NCBI GenBank assembly: GCA_963719515.1
Contig: CAVRCJ010000013.1
Coordinates: forward strand, 32,001 to 96,000
From: an uncultured cyanobacterium
GTDB lineage: Bacteria > Cyanobacteriota > Cyanobacteriia > CAKZMO01
Direction of reading: 5' to 3'
DNA: 64,000 bases
Position numbers and translations under genes: made by a program. The notes under the pieces were generated by a model. That model saw nothing but the letters and a program-made list of their open reading frames with translations. It made no database searches and was not told the DNA's origin. Position 1 is the first letter of the stretch. Each line of letters opens with the position of its first letter. Below are positions 18,316-27,937 of this stretch, one piece after another.

Positions 18316-20340
18316 ATGGTTCCACTGCTCGTTCATCTGGTTTTCCATCCAAAATCTCAAAGCGCCCGCGAGCTAGCCGACCGCATCCACGAGGCGCTCA
18401 ACAGCGATCCAGTGGTTCCGGGACTCAATGTTCCGACCCGGTTTACGCCAGAGGATGGGACCACCCTGCCGCCAACCGAGAGCGGCTACTTCGACGACGC
18501 CGAAAAAGTCTTCGTGGCGGTGCTGGCGGATGACTATCTTGCCGCTCCCTACGCCGAAAACCTACCCTCCGGACGTCAGAACTGGGGAGAATGGATTGGC
18601 GGCCTGCATGAGCGCTGCCTCGAAACGGGCAAAGGACGCTGCGTTCCTTTTCAGCTTTCTGAGTACGCCTGGCCGCTAGACGAACGCTTAGGCAACGTGA
18701 GCTTTGCCAGGGTTTGGACCGTTGCAGAAGAGCAGCAAGAAGACTGGGTCAGGCAGAGGCTTGTCATTGAGCTAATTCGGTTCTTGCAAAACCTAGATCC
18801 TGCCGATGCTGCCCATCCCCAGCTCACCGTTCAGGCTTTTATTAGCTACGCAACGCGCGATCTGGGCCAAGAGGCCGCCGTAGTTGAACAGCTGGTGGAC
18901 TCCTTGAAAACCGATCAGCCCGTAAGTCCCTGGATGGATGCGGGCAAGATTCCGGCTGGCGGCGACTTTCGCGATGAGATTACGAAGGGGATTGGCGAAA
19001 GCGCCATCCTCAGCGTGATGACGGACGCCTACGGGTCGCGGGAATGGTGCCGTAAGGAAGTCCTTTTGGCCAAAGAGCTGATGCGCCCGGTGGTGGTGGT
19101 CAACGCGCTGCAGACCCAAGAGGTGAGAAGTTTTCCATACCTCGGGAATGTCCCGGTGCTGCGGTGGGACAACAACCCCCAAATGGCCACCGACCTGCTG
19201 CTAAAAGAAACCCTCAGGCAGCTGCATTCTAAGCAGCTGCTGGCCGGGCAAAAGCAGGACGACGAAACGATATTGACCAGCGCTCCAGAACTGGTGACCG
19301 TGGTCGGGCAGCAGGGCAAGAAGTTTCTCTATCCCGATCCACCGCTTGGTGAAGAGGAAACCAGACTGATTGAAAAAGCGGGTGTGACCATCGAGACCCC
19401 CCTACAGCGCTCTGCCCGCAGTCGGTTTTTAGAGCAGGTGCAAATTGTGGGGTCTTTTTCTGAAAGCGGCGACCTAGAGCGATACGGCCTGGGGAAAGTC
19501 CACCTTGACGAAGCCGCCATCGAGATTAGCCGCTACCTCCTACTCGCTGGGGCTACGCTTTGCTACGGGGGCCACCTTGGCGCAGAAGGCTATACCCTGG
19601 CCCTGTTTGAGCTAGTGCGAGCCCACCCAATTTCTGGAATACCCCCGCTCAAAAGAGTGACAAACTACGTCGGCTGGCCGCTTCCCATAAGCGTCCGCCA
19701 AAGAGCCCAGTTTGCAGCCGTGGCCGCTTTTCGGCAAATGCCGCGACCTTCGGACCTCTCTGAGGCCGATGCCCCAGAGTTTATCCCCAAGATAGAGACG
19801 TTCTTCTCCGATGAGCAATCCCCCCTGCATCGCTTTGCCTGGGCGCGGGGAATGACTGAAATGCGCGAAGCCCAAACGAGTGAAGTGCAGGCCCGCGTCG
19901 TGTTGGGAGGCAAGGTGGGGCCGACGGTCTCGGCAGGGCCCGACGGCGATCGCTCAAAACAGTGGTACAGGTCACGGATTCCGGGGGTCTTAGAAGAAGT
20001 GTTGACCTCTCTTCGGCACCAGCAGCCGGTCTATCTCGTCGGTGGGTTTGGCGGCTGCGCCCGGATGATTGCCGATGTTCTGCAGGGGGGTACTCGTGAG
20101 GAGATGAGCTGGGAGTTTCAAAAAGGCGCGCCCCACGCCGCTGAGATGCGCAGCCTCTACGAGACCCGTGGCTTAGACTGGTGGTCGTACGAGGACATGA
20201 CTCGTTTCCTGCACCAGTCTGGGATTGCAGGCTTACGCAACGGGTTGACAGAGCAAGAAAATAAAGAGCTTTTTGAGACCGCAGATATAGACAGAATTGT
20301 GTTTTTGCTGCTTCGGGGTCTTCAGACCTTGGCGCTGTAG
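18316..20340 (+). CDS. TIR-domain protein with C-terminal SLOG domain (putative defence/nucleotide signalling)
   Basis: AFISY..D, WMD...I..G.DF, SREWCRKE (catalytic Glu); SLOG-like LCYGGHL, MTEMR, ARVVLGG, PGVLEE, PVYLVGGFGGCA; AGGAGG SD. Confidence 0.8.
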   Translation: MVPLLVHLVFHPKSQSARELADRIHEALNSDPVVPGLNVPTRFTPEDGTTLPPTESGYFDDAEKVFVAVLADDYLAAPYAENLPSGRQNWGEWIGGLHERCLETGKGRCVPFQLSEYAWPLDERLGNVSFARVWTVAEEQQEDWVRQRLVIELIRFLQNLDPADAAHPQLTVQAFISYATRDLGQEAAVVEQLVDSLKTDQPVSPWMDAGKIPAGGDFRDEITKGIGESAILSVMTDAYGSREWCRKEVLLAKELMRPVVVVNALQTQEVRSFPYLGNVPVLRWDNNPQMATDLLLKETLRQLHSKQLLAGQKQDDETILTSAPELVTVVGQQGKKFLYPDPPLGEEETRLIEKAGVTIETPLQRSARSRFLEQVQIVGSFSESGDLERYGLGKVHLDEAAIEISRYLLLAGATLCYGGHLGAEGYTLALFELVRAHPISGIPPLKRVTNYVGWPLPISVRQRAQFAAVAAFRQMPRPSDLSEADAPEFIPKIETFFSDEQSPLHRFAWARGMTEMREAQTSEVQARVVLGGKVGPTVSAGPDGDRSKQWYRSRIPGVLEEVLTSLRHQQPVYLVGGFGGCARMIADVLQGGTREEMSWEFQKGAPHAAEMRSLYETRGLDWWSYEDMTRFLHQSGIAGLRNGLTEQENKELFETADIDRIVFLLLRGLQTLAL

Positions 20341-20360
20341 TGCCTGCCCCGTCGTCACGT

Positions 20361-20540
20361 TCACAAGCGTGATTCGACAAACGCAATCTCTCCTGCTTGA
20401 TCTGCACTGACGCTCTGCAAGCGGGCCAAGTTGGCCTGCCCCAGCTCGACGAGCGTTCCCTGGCTGCGCTGCGTAAAGGTGAGCTCCTCGCGAGCCATTC
20501 CCCCCGACAGGCCCAGGCGATCGCTGCCGTCGTTGGCTGG
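20361..20540 (-). pseudogene. C-terminal remnant of an RTX/hemolysin-type Ca-binding protein
   Basis: DGSDRLGLSGGMAREELTFTQRSQGTLVELGQANLARLQSVSA..* resembles cyanobacterial RTX C-termini. Confidence 0.55.
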
Positions 20541-20645
20541 GGTGACCTACAGGGGGGCATTTAACCCGCTGGCAACGGGGTTTAAGGAAATTTCTCGCTC
20601 TGAGAGGTCGGGAAGCATGGCGCTATCCTTTGTGTTGAACCTTAA

Positions 20646-20822
20646 CGCTGCTCAAGTCATCAACGCCCGTGGAATTTCGGGTACTCAAATTGCCTGTGGA
20701 GTCGAGGTAGCGGGGATGTGGGAAACCATATCTAGCCAACTGGCCCAGAAGCAGGAAGCTCATCGGGTGACCGATGAAGCCCGCGCTCTATCGCATCAGC
20801 GATGAGCGTCGGGAGTATTCAC
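20646..20822 (+). mobile_element. Isolated copy of the tnpB 3' end/omega-RNA region and IS right end
   Basis: 177 bp matching 5426-5602 with 4 differences seen; ends in TCAC; no recognisable left-end hairpin. Confidence 0.9.
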
Positions 20823-20902
20823 TAGTTTCTCTCTGGCTGTAGCGCCTTTGAGATGGGGGGAGGCCCGCTTGCGGGAGAAGAGCGATCGCCTAACCCAGCG
20901 CC

Positions 20903-22606
20903 TCAGCACCGGTAATGCTGATACTTATAGCCATCGACGCGCTCTGTCTTGTGATAGCGACAGCCGTAGCGCCTCAATCCGGGCTGACCGGCGTAATTGA
21001 TCAGCCACAGATCTTCTCCCTCCGGCAAAGACTCCAGCAGCGCAGCACCGGGAGCACCGCAGTTTTGCTCCCCCGTCTTGGCGCAGGGCTGCGGGTCAAG
21101 GAAAAACCGGAATTGATCTAGAAGCTCGGGGCGGTGGGTTTTGATATCCCAGGCGATCGCCATCAGCCGCCCTGTCTGCCCGTGGGACTGGTGAGAAGCC
21201 GCAGCCACGGCGGGGCGCTGGGTTTCTGCCACCTCCTCGACAATGTCGGCCCCCACAAGGTCGGGGCGATGAACTTTCTGGTAGGCCAGGTTCTGAGCAA
21301 CGCTGACGCTGCCCGCGAGGCTGATGAGCAGGGCTACCCCTACCCCAATGCGGCTGTAGCGCTGGGGCGATCGCCATCGTTGGGCCAGCCCTACCGCCAT
21401 CACGCCTACAAACGCCGGGAAATAGACAAAGTGGTAGCGCAAGACCTGCGCGAGCCCCACCTGCTGACCGTAGCTGATGGCCCAGAGAATGGCAATGCTG
21501 GCGGCGCAGGTGCCCCACAGGCTAGCGAACTGGCCTACAGCCGGACGGCTACGCCACGGGACCAAGCCTCCCAAACTCCCCCCGACGCTCCAAACCGCGA
21601 TCGCGATCGCCAGCACCGCTGACAAGATGGCGACCCAGCCGGGCACACCCTGGATGGGGAGTAGGTAGACCATGCTAACGGCGCTAGCCACAGTGTGGGT
21701 GACGGGGGCAATCCAGTCTGCCCCCGACCAAGAAGACTGAATCCACTGGGTCAGCTGCCCTTGGTCGGGGGCAGCGACCAGGGCAAAAATCCAGGGAATA
21801 CCGCTGACAGCGGTGCCCAGAGCGACCAGCCCGAGGCCCGCTGCAGCGCGAGGTAAGACACCGTCGGGCCGTCGCCACAGATAAGCTGCACCGACCAGCA
21901 CCAGCACCTGCGCCAGAAGCGCGATCGCCATGAAATAGTGGGTGGCCAGCCCCAGACCATTCACCCCAATCCACACCAGCACCAGCCAAAAAGGCAGCGG
22001 CCTGCCCTGCTCCATTCGCCGCAGCGCTTCCGTGAGGCAATACAGCGACGCCGTAATCCATACTAGAGCTAGGGTGTAGTGGCGGGCCTCCTGTGAGAGG
22101 TAAAGCCCAAAAGGCGATAGGGCCGTCAGGGCAGCGGCAAACTGGGCCGTGACGGGAGACCGCAGCGTTAAAAAGACCAAACCGTAGATCAGGGGCGTCA
22201 GCAGCGCGCCAATGAGAGCCGAGAGCGATCGCGCCACCGCAGGCACAACGGCGCTACCGTCGGCATGGGTGAGCTGCAGCCAGCTGTGCATCAGCGCAAA
22301 GAACAGCGGCGGGTGATTGCTGTAGGCCAAAATCGATGAGGACGCATCCCCGGCGGTCTTTGTGGCGTCTATCTGCAGCGGCTGCAGCAGCGCCTCTGCC
22401 GTCAGCATCTGGCTGAGGGGCACCGCCTTGAAGCCGTGGCCAAGGCTAAAGGCCAGCGTCGAAATTTCGTCGGTCCACAGGGGTTTGAGGTCGAGCTGGT
22501 AGAGCCGCAGCCCTAGGGCAAGCGCGGTCCATCCGGCCACGAGAAGGAGCTGTTTGCCGTTGCCCATCACAAGCGCGTCTGCTGCACGGTATACCCAGAA
22601 CAGCAT
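20903..22606 (-). CDS. GT39/PMT-like membrane glycosyltransferase
   Basis: LW.DE, NHPPLFF, SQEARHY, THYF; multiple TM segments. Confidence 0.85.
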   Translation of the reverse strand: MLFWVYRAADALVMGNGKQLLLVAGWTALALGLRLYQLDLKPLWTDEISTLAFSLGHGFKAVPLSQMLTAEALLQPLQIDATKTAGDASSSILAYSNHPPLFFALMHSWLQLTHADGSAVVPAVARSLSALIGALLTPLIYGLVFLTLRSPVTAQFAAALTALSPFGLYLSQEARHYTLALVWITASLYCLTEALRRMEQGRPLPFWLVLVWIGVNGLGLATHYFMAIALLAQVLVLVGAAYLWRRPDGVLPRAAAGLGLVALGTAVSGIPWIFALVAAPDQGQLTQWIQSSWSGADWIAPVTHTVASAVSMVYLLPIQGVPGWVAILSAVLAIAIAVWSVGGSLGGLVPWRSRPAVGQFASLWGTCAASIAILWAISYGQQVGLAQVLRYHFVYFPAFVGVMAVGLAQRWRSPQRYSRIGVGVALLISLAGSVSVAQNLAYQKVHRPDLVGADIVEEVAETQRPAVAAASHQSHGQTGRLMAIAWDIKTHRPELLDQFRFFLDPQPCAKTGEQNCGAPGAALLESLPEGEDLWLINYAGQPGLRRYGCRYHKTERVDGYKYQHYRC

Positions 22607-22657
22607 ACTCGGAGATGCGTTGCTGCCTGCAGTCGAGCAGCGCCGAGCGGACTAAGC

Positions 22658-22954
22658 CTAGTCGGCGTCTTCCGCGTCGATGGTGGCGCTGGGGGAGGCG
22701 TCATACAGATCGTTGAGGCGATCGCGGGCGTCGTCTACCGACATGGAGCGCATGACGAGATAGGCCTCGCGAATCACGTCCCCAGAGTCGTCAAATAGCT
22801 CGGGGTGGGTGGGTTTGGGCTGCTGATTTGTGGGGGGCTGAGCGCGGTATCCGCGCTGAGACTCGGTGCCTAGAACCATCAAGTTCTTAATTAAGTTGGC
22901 GATGGCGACGGAGGCCAAGACGGTGAACGCCAGAAGGTATAGCAGGTGCAGCAT
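22658..22954 (-). CDS. DUF2973-family protein
   Basis: MLHLLY..AF, HPEL.D..G, DARDRL..LY..SP. Confidence 0.75.
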   Translation of the reverse strand: MLHLLYLLAFTVLASVAIANLIKNLMVLGTESQRGYRAQPPTNQQPKPTHPELFDDSGDVIREAYLVMRSMSVDDARDRLNDLYDASPSATIDAEDAD

Positions 22955-23080
22955 GGCTTTTTAAAAGGGGTTATAGGGTGTTAAGTGAAAATTAAATGAA
23001 TAAAGAAACCGGGCTACGAGGGCATTGCGTGAGCGCTTGGCCCCTTACCATTACTTGAGCATTCCCATAACTGTTGCCCG

Positions 23081-23392
23081 TTAGTCCTCAGAAGCTGACG
23101 TGTGATAGTCGATCGAAACGCGCCAGCATTCTGCCACCAGCTGATGCCACCGCTTAACTGCAGCCGGGTCGATGCCCACCTGCTGGTCGGTGGCTTGGAA
23201 GAGGGCGATCGCAGCACTGACTTCCTGCTGAGCCTGATGCACGCGGGCAAGCAAATCGGCCTGCTGGCCTGTGGTGAGGTTGGGCAGCTCACGCTGAAGC
23301 AGCGACTGGGCCCGTCCTAGCCAGTAAATAAAGTCATCAAGCAACGGCTGAAGCACCGTCTGTAGCAGCTCGGATTGTGAATATCCAGACAT
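23081..23392 (-). CDS. DUF2605-family protein
   Basis: LL.TVL.PLLDDF.YW..R, WH.LV.ECW. Confidence 0.75.
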   Translation of the reverse strand: MSGYSQSELLQTVLQPLLDDFIYWLGRAQSLLQRELPNLTTGQQADLLARVHQAQQEVSAAIALFQATDQQVGIDPAAVKRWHQLVAECWRVSIDYHTSASED

Positions 23393-23640
23393 AAAATTCT
23401 AATGCGGCCTTTAACCGTATTATATAGCCTTTACGTTTTGTTACGGTCTCTCATTCTATAGAGTTTGCCCCGTCACGGTCTTCTTCCGCAGGCTATATTC
23501 GAATCTCATCCTGTGCTTTAGAGAGAGCTGCGAGGCCGCTCGCCTGCGCTCAACAGGTCCACCAGTCGTTAATATGGTTAGGAGCATTGCCCTGTCTCCG
23601 CACAGCGCTGCCCAGTCTTACTACGCGAACCCGGTTGCCA

Positions 23641-25485
23641 ATGTCATCTGACGTCCTCTCCTCCAGCGCAGCGCCCAACGTGGAAAAGATCCACCTGCCC
23701 CGCACCAGCGAGTCTGAAAGCTTGAAGCGCATTCGCCACACCATGTCTCACGTGATGGCCATGGCGGTGCAAAAGCTGTTTCCGAAGGCGCAGGTGACCA
23801 TCGGTCCCTGGATTGAGACAGGGTTTTACTACGATTTTGACAGCCCTGATTCTTTTACGGAGAAGGACCTCAAGGCCATCCGCAAGGAGATGATCAAGAT
23901 CATCAACCGCAAGCTGCCGGTGGTGCGGGAAGAGGTTACCCGGGAGGAGGCGGCTGAGCGTATTCGGGCGCTGAACGAGCCCTACAAGCTAGAAATCTTA
24001 GGCGACATCGACAGTGAGCCCATCACCCTTTACCACCTGGGCGAATTGTGGTGGGACCTGTGCGGTGGCCCCCACATGGAGAATACGGGAGACCTTAACC
24101 CCAAGGCTTTTGAGCTGGAGAGCGTGGCGGGAGCCTACTGGCGGGGGGATGAGACCAAAGCGCAGCTGCAGCGCATCTACGGCACGGCCTGGGAGACCCC
24201 CGAGCAGCTCGCAGAGCACAAGCGGCGGCGAGAGGAAGCCCTCAAGCGGGACCACCGCCGTTTGGGTAAAGAGCTGGGGCTATTTCTGTTTGCGGACTTG
24301 GTCGGGCCGGGCCTGCCCCTTTGGACCCCCAAGGGCACCATTCTCCGCTCCACCCTGGAGGATTTTCTGAAGCAGGAGCAGGTCAAGCGGGGCTACCTGC
24401 CCGTGGTCACGCCCCACATCGCCCGAATAGATCTATTTAAGGTGTCGGGCCACTGGCAAAACTACAAAGAGGACATGTTTCCGATGATGGCGGAGGACGA
24501 CGACGCCCGCGCCTCTGAGCAGGGTTTTGCCCTCAAGCCCATGAACTGCCCCTTCCACATTCAGATCTACAAAAGCCAGCTGCGATCCTACCGGGAGCTG
24601 CCCATTCGCTACGCCGAGTTCGGCACCGTCTATCGCTACGAGCAGTCGGGTGAGCTGGGCGGGCTGACGCGGGTGCGGGGCTTTACGGTGGACGACTCCC
24701 ACCTGTTTGTGACCCCAGACCAGCTAGAGGCGGAGTTCCTCAAGGTGGTGGACCTAATTTTGTCGGTGTTCCAAAGTCTGCAGCTGAAGAACTTCAAGGC
24801 GCGGCTCAGCTTCCGCGACCCCGAATCCGATAAGTACATCGGCGGAGATGAGGTGTGGAACAAAGCAGAGGCCGCCATCCGCAACGCCGCTGAGACCCTG
24901 GGCATGGAGTATTTTGAGGGCGTCGGCGAGGCGGCCTTCTACGGCCCCAAGCTAGACTTCATCTTTCAAGATGCCTTGGACCGGGAGTGGCAGCTGGGCA
25001 CCGTGCAGGTGGACTACAACCTGCCGGAGCGCTTTGAGCTAGAGTACGTGGCCGAGGACGGCACGCGGCAGCGCCCGGTGATGATTCACCGCGCCCCCTT
25101 TGGCTCCTTGGAGCGGCTGATCGGCATTCTCATCGAGGAGTATGCGGGGGACTTCCCTCTGTGGCTAGCGCCCGTACAGGTGCGGCTGCTGCCGGTAACC
25201 GAAGAGCACGTCGGCTTTGCCCAAGAGGTGGCGGAGAAGATGCGATCGCTTGGAGGTCGGGTGGAAGTGGACTTAGGAGGCGATCGCCTTGGTAAGATGA
25301 TTCGCACCGCCGAGAAGGAAAAGATCCCCGTGATGGCGGTGGTGGGGGCGAAAGAGGTGGAGTCAAACAGCCTCAGCCTGAGGGTCCGGCACACGGGCCG
25401 CGACACCGAGGATTTAGGCTCGCTGCCGCTAGAGCAGGTGCTGGAGCGACTGCAGAAGGCGATCGCAGAGCGGACGGCGTTTTAG
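23641..25485 (+). CDS. thrS: Threonine--tRNA ligase
   Basis: RHT.SHV, DLC.GPH, RDHR, KPMNCP, YGPKLD, MIHRA. Confidence 0.97.
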   Translation: MSSDVLSSSAAPNVEKIHLPRTSESESLKRIRHTMSHVMAMAVQKLFPKAQVTIGPWIETGFYYDFDSPDSFTEKDLKAIRKEMIKIINRKLPVVREEVTREEAAERIRALNEPYKLEILGDIDSEPITLYHLGELWWDLCGGPHMENTGDLNPKAFELESVAGAYWRGDETKAQLQRIYGTAWETPEQLAEHKRRREEALKRDHRRLGKELGLFLFADLVGPGLPLWTPKGTILRSTLEDFLKQEQVKRGYLPVVTPHIARIDLFKVSGHWQNYKEDMFPMMAEDDDARASEQGFALKPMNCPFHIQIYKSQLRSYRELPIRYAEFGTVYRYEQSGELGGLTRVRGFTVDDSHLFVTPDQLEAEFLKVVDLILSVFQSLQLKNFKARLSFRDPESDKYIGGDEVWNKAEAAIRNAAETLGMEYFEGVGEAAFYGPKLDFIFQDALDREWQLGTVQVDYNLPERFELEYVAEDGTRQRPVMIHRAPFGSLERLIGILIEEYAGDFPLWLAPVQVRLLPVTEEHVGFAQEVAEKMRSLGGRVEVDLGGDRLGKMIRTAEKEKIPVMAVVGAKEVESNSLSLRVRHTGRDTEDLGSLPLEQVLERLQKAIAERTAF

Positions 25486-25530
25486 GAATTGGGTTTAGAG
25501 CCTGCGGGCCCTTAGAACCCTTTCAGGAGT

Positions 25531-26247
25531 CTAATCCGCGTCGGACTCAGACTGCAGAATGTCGGCCACTTCCGGAAAATGGTGACGCATGCAGTCGTGG
25601 CAGATGCCGTGGGTAAACCCAACGTCTGCATGCCGTTCGATGAACTCTTCTACCGTTGACCAATATCCCTCGTCGTTGCGAATGCCCTTGCAGTAGGAGC
25701 AAATCGGGATCAGCCCTTCCATCAAGGTAATTTTATCTAGGGCGGTTGCGAGGTGAGACGAGACGCGCTGCAGCTCTAGAAGCGTGACCACCTGGCGGCT
25801 CAAGGATTCGAGAGATTCTTGCTGACGTTTCGACAGCGCTCTAGGTTGGTGGTCAACGACGCAAAGCGTCCCGATGATCTGTTTTTCAGGGGTGACCAGC
25901 GGCACACCGGCGTAGAAGCGAATTTTGGGCGCACAGGCCACAAACGGGTTGTCGGCAAAGCGCTCGTCTTTGAGCGTGTCGCCGACAATCAGAATGCGAT
26001 CGCCCAAAATAGCGTGGGCACAAAACGAGACGTCACGACTCGTTTCACGAACCTCTAGCCCGACGCTTGACTTGAACCACTGTCGGTCTGCGTCGACTAG
26101 ACTAACGAGGGCGATGGGAACATCACAGATGAAGGCGGCCAGCGCCGTAATATCGTCGTAGGCCTGCTCTGTGGGTGTATCCAAGATGCTGTATTGCCTC
26201 AGGGCTTCGAGGCGAGCAGCCTCTTGGCTGGGCACTTTAGCTTTCAT
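25531..26247 (-). CDS. GAF-domain protein with C-terminal Cys/His motif
   Basis: ILDT..E..YDD, SFCAHAI, RFYAGVPL; PICSYCK..THGICHDC. Confidence 0.88.
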   Translation of the reverse strand: MKAKVPSQEAARLEALRQYSILDTPTEQAYDDITALAAFICDVPIALVSLVDADRQWFKSSVGLEVRETSRDVSFCAHAILGDRILIVGDTLKDERFADNPFVACAPKIRFYAGVPLVTPEKQIIGTLCVVDHQPRALSKRQQESLESLSRQVVTLLELQRVSSHLATALDKITLMEGLIPICSYCKGIRNDEGYWSTVEEFIERHADVGFTHGICHDCMRHHFPEVADILQSESDAD

Positions 26248-26285
26248 ATCACTGCTCCAAGGATCGGGGCTTGGGATAACGCGGC

Positions 26286-26551
26286 GTGAATACTCCCGGC
26301 ACTTACCTTACGGATAGAGCGCGGGTTCATCGGTCATCCGATGGGCTCCCTGTTCCGCGTTACGGGCATAGTTGCACACATCGCGGCAGACCTCAAACCG
26401 AGAGACCACGAAGGCTTTCTGCTCGAGCGACGAATAAATTCTAGAGGCGCAGTTTGAGGTCAACATATGTCTATTTTGACAGATTTGAGGAGGGTTAACC
26501 GCTCGTCTCATCCCCGTCAAGGAGGAGAACGGGGGGGACTAGTATTGCAGC
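26286..26551 (-). mobile_element. Decayed IS605 deletion derivative (tnpB N-terminus fused to C-terminus)
   Basis: MLTSNCASRIYSSLEQ..EVCRDVCNYA joined to EQGAHRMTDEPAL, homologous to both ends of tnpB 4326-5585; right end TTCAC; left boundary approximate. Confidence 0.8.
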
Positions 26552-26570
26552 TTAATCCGCTAAGGCTAGG

Positions 26571-27602
26571 CTAGGCGCAGCTGACCCGGTTGCGTCCGCT
26601 CCGCTTGGCTTGGTAGAGCTGCTCGTCTGCGACTGACACGACAGTCTCAAGACTGCTGGGCTGGATATCTGCTGCGCCAGCGCCCGTCGAACCAATGCTC
26701 ATCACGCCAGTGCTAGTGCTCGTCACGCCAATGCTTAAGGTAACTTCCAGTTCGCAATGGAGGGTTGACCAGTCGTAAGATTCGATCGACTGGCGCAACC
26801 GCTCGCACAGCGTCCTGGCCTGCTCTAAATTCGTTTCGGGAAAGGCCACGATGAATTCTTCGCCGCCAAAGCGAGCGACCAAATCCGTGCTGCGGGTGCC
26901 CTGCAGTAGAATGCGGCCAATCTGCTGCAGGACGCGATCGCCAACTTGATGGGAGAACCTGTCGTTGATGCGCTTGAACAGATCCACATCGGCCAGCATG
27001 AGGCTGAAGGCGCGATCGCCTTTGCTCGCCTGCGCAAGCAGCTGCGGCGCGTATTCATTGAAGAATCTGCGGTTGTAAAGTTGGGTCAGCTCGTCTCGGA
27101 TGCTCAGCTCTTGGACTTCGCTGATTGTTCGGTCTAGAGTCGTCAGGGTGCTTTGGACGTTTATTAGCAGGTTCCCCAGCTCGTCTGAGTAGTCTGTGGG
27201 AAAGTGGGGCAGCTGACGCTGCTCGGTGTACTGCGTCAAGGCATAGATTACCGCCTGGACCGGTTCAGTGTAGGCCCGCAAGGCCGCCAGAGTAATGCCG
27301 GTGCCCAACAGGGTGGCCGCCAGCACGACGGCGAGGTACGACCAGCTGCGACCATTTAGCGGGTCGTGGCTGAAAAGGTAGAGGGTGAGGGTCAATAGGG
27401 GAATATGCGTTCCCAGGAAAGCAATGGCCAGAATTCGGTTGCTAAATCGCTGTGGGTAAGGCAGGCGAGTAAACAGGCGGTACAGCGCCATTTGAGGCGG
27501 TGCGGCGACTTCAATCCCCCCCTCCAAAGCAATTCTTCCTGTCTCAGCTCCGCTCATTTTACTCGGGAAATTGACTTGCATTTCTACAGTAACCCGCTTC
27601 AA
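26571..27602 (-). CDS. Membrane diguanylate cyclase (2 TM + HAMP-like + GGDEF)
   Basis: DELTQLYNRR, D.DLFK.IND, RSTD I-site, ARFGGEEF. Confidence 0.9.
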   Translation of the reverse strand: MKRVTVEMQVNFPSKMSGAETGRIALEGGIEVAAPPQMALYRLFTRLPYPQRFSNRILAIAFLGTHIPLLTLTLYLFSHDPLNGRSWSYLAVVLAATLLGTGITLAALRAYTEPVQAVIYALTQYTEQRQLPHFPTDYSDELGNLLINVQSTLTTLDRTISEVQELSIRDELTQLYNRRFFNEYAPQLLAQASKGDRAFSLMLADVDLFKRINDRFSHQVGDRVLQQIGRILLQGTRSTDLVARFGGEEFIVAFPETNLEQARTLCERLRQSIESYDWSTLHCELEVTLSIGVTSTSTGVMSIGSTGAGAADIQPSSLETVVSVADEQLYQAKRSGRNRVSCA

Positions 27603-27740
27603 TATGGCAGATATTTTATACCACCGTAGCTTGTGGCGTCTTGTAGCGTATGTCCCAAATTCACGCTGCGGCTAGAGACGACCCTCAGCAGAGGTCTTCG
27701 CCAGCGCAGTAGCGCAGTATCTTCTAATGCAGGATAAGAA

Positions 27741-27813
27741 CGCCCCAGGCAGGATTCGAACCTGCGACCGACTGCTTAGAAGGCAGCTGCTCTATCCACT
27801 GAGCTACTGGAGC
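27741..27813 (-). tRNA. trnR-UCU: tRNA-Arg (anticodon TCT), CCA not encoded
   Basis: GCTCCAG/CTGGGGC acceptor stem, AGTGGATA D-loop, cTTCTaa anticodon loop, GGTTCGAATCC T-arm. Confidence 0.95.
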
Positions 27814-27937
27814 AAGGGCAAAGATCCTTCAAAGGACATTTCAGCGGGCGGCTATGGCCAAATTAGCACATCCTCAAACGTTGAGAGCAATGTGACATCC
27901 TCCCGACGCTGATGCTACGCATACAGCGCGGGCTTCC

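Noticed and set aside
20431..20805. 124-aa ORF ending like TnpB
   Set aside because: Chance read-through into the copied IS end; the 5' part is the antisense of an RTX remnant
27741..27813. Integrative element at tRNA-Arg
   Set aside because: No integrase and no duplicated tRNA 3' end seen in the window
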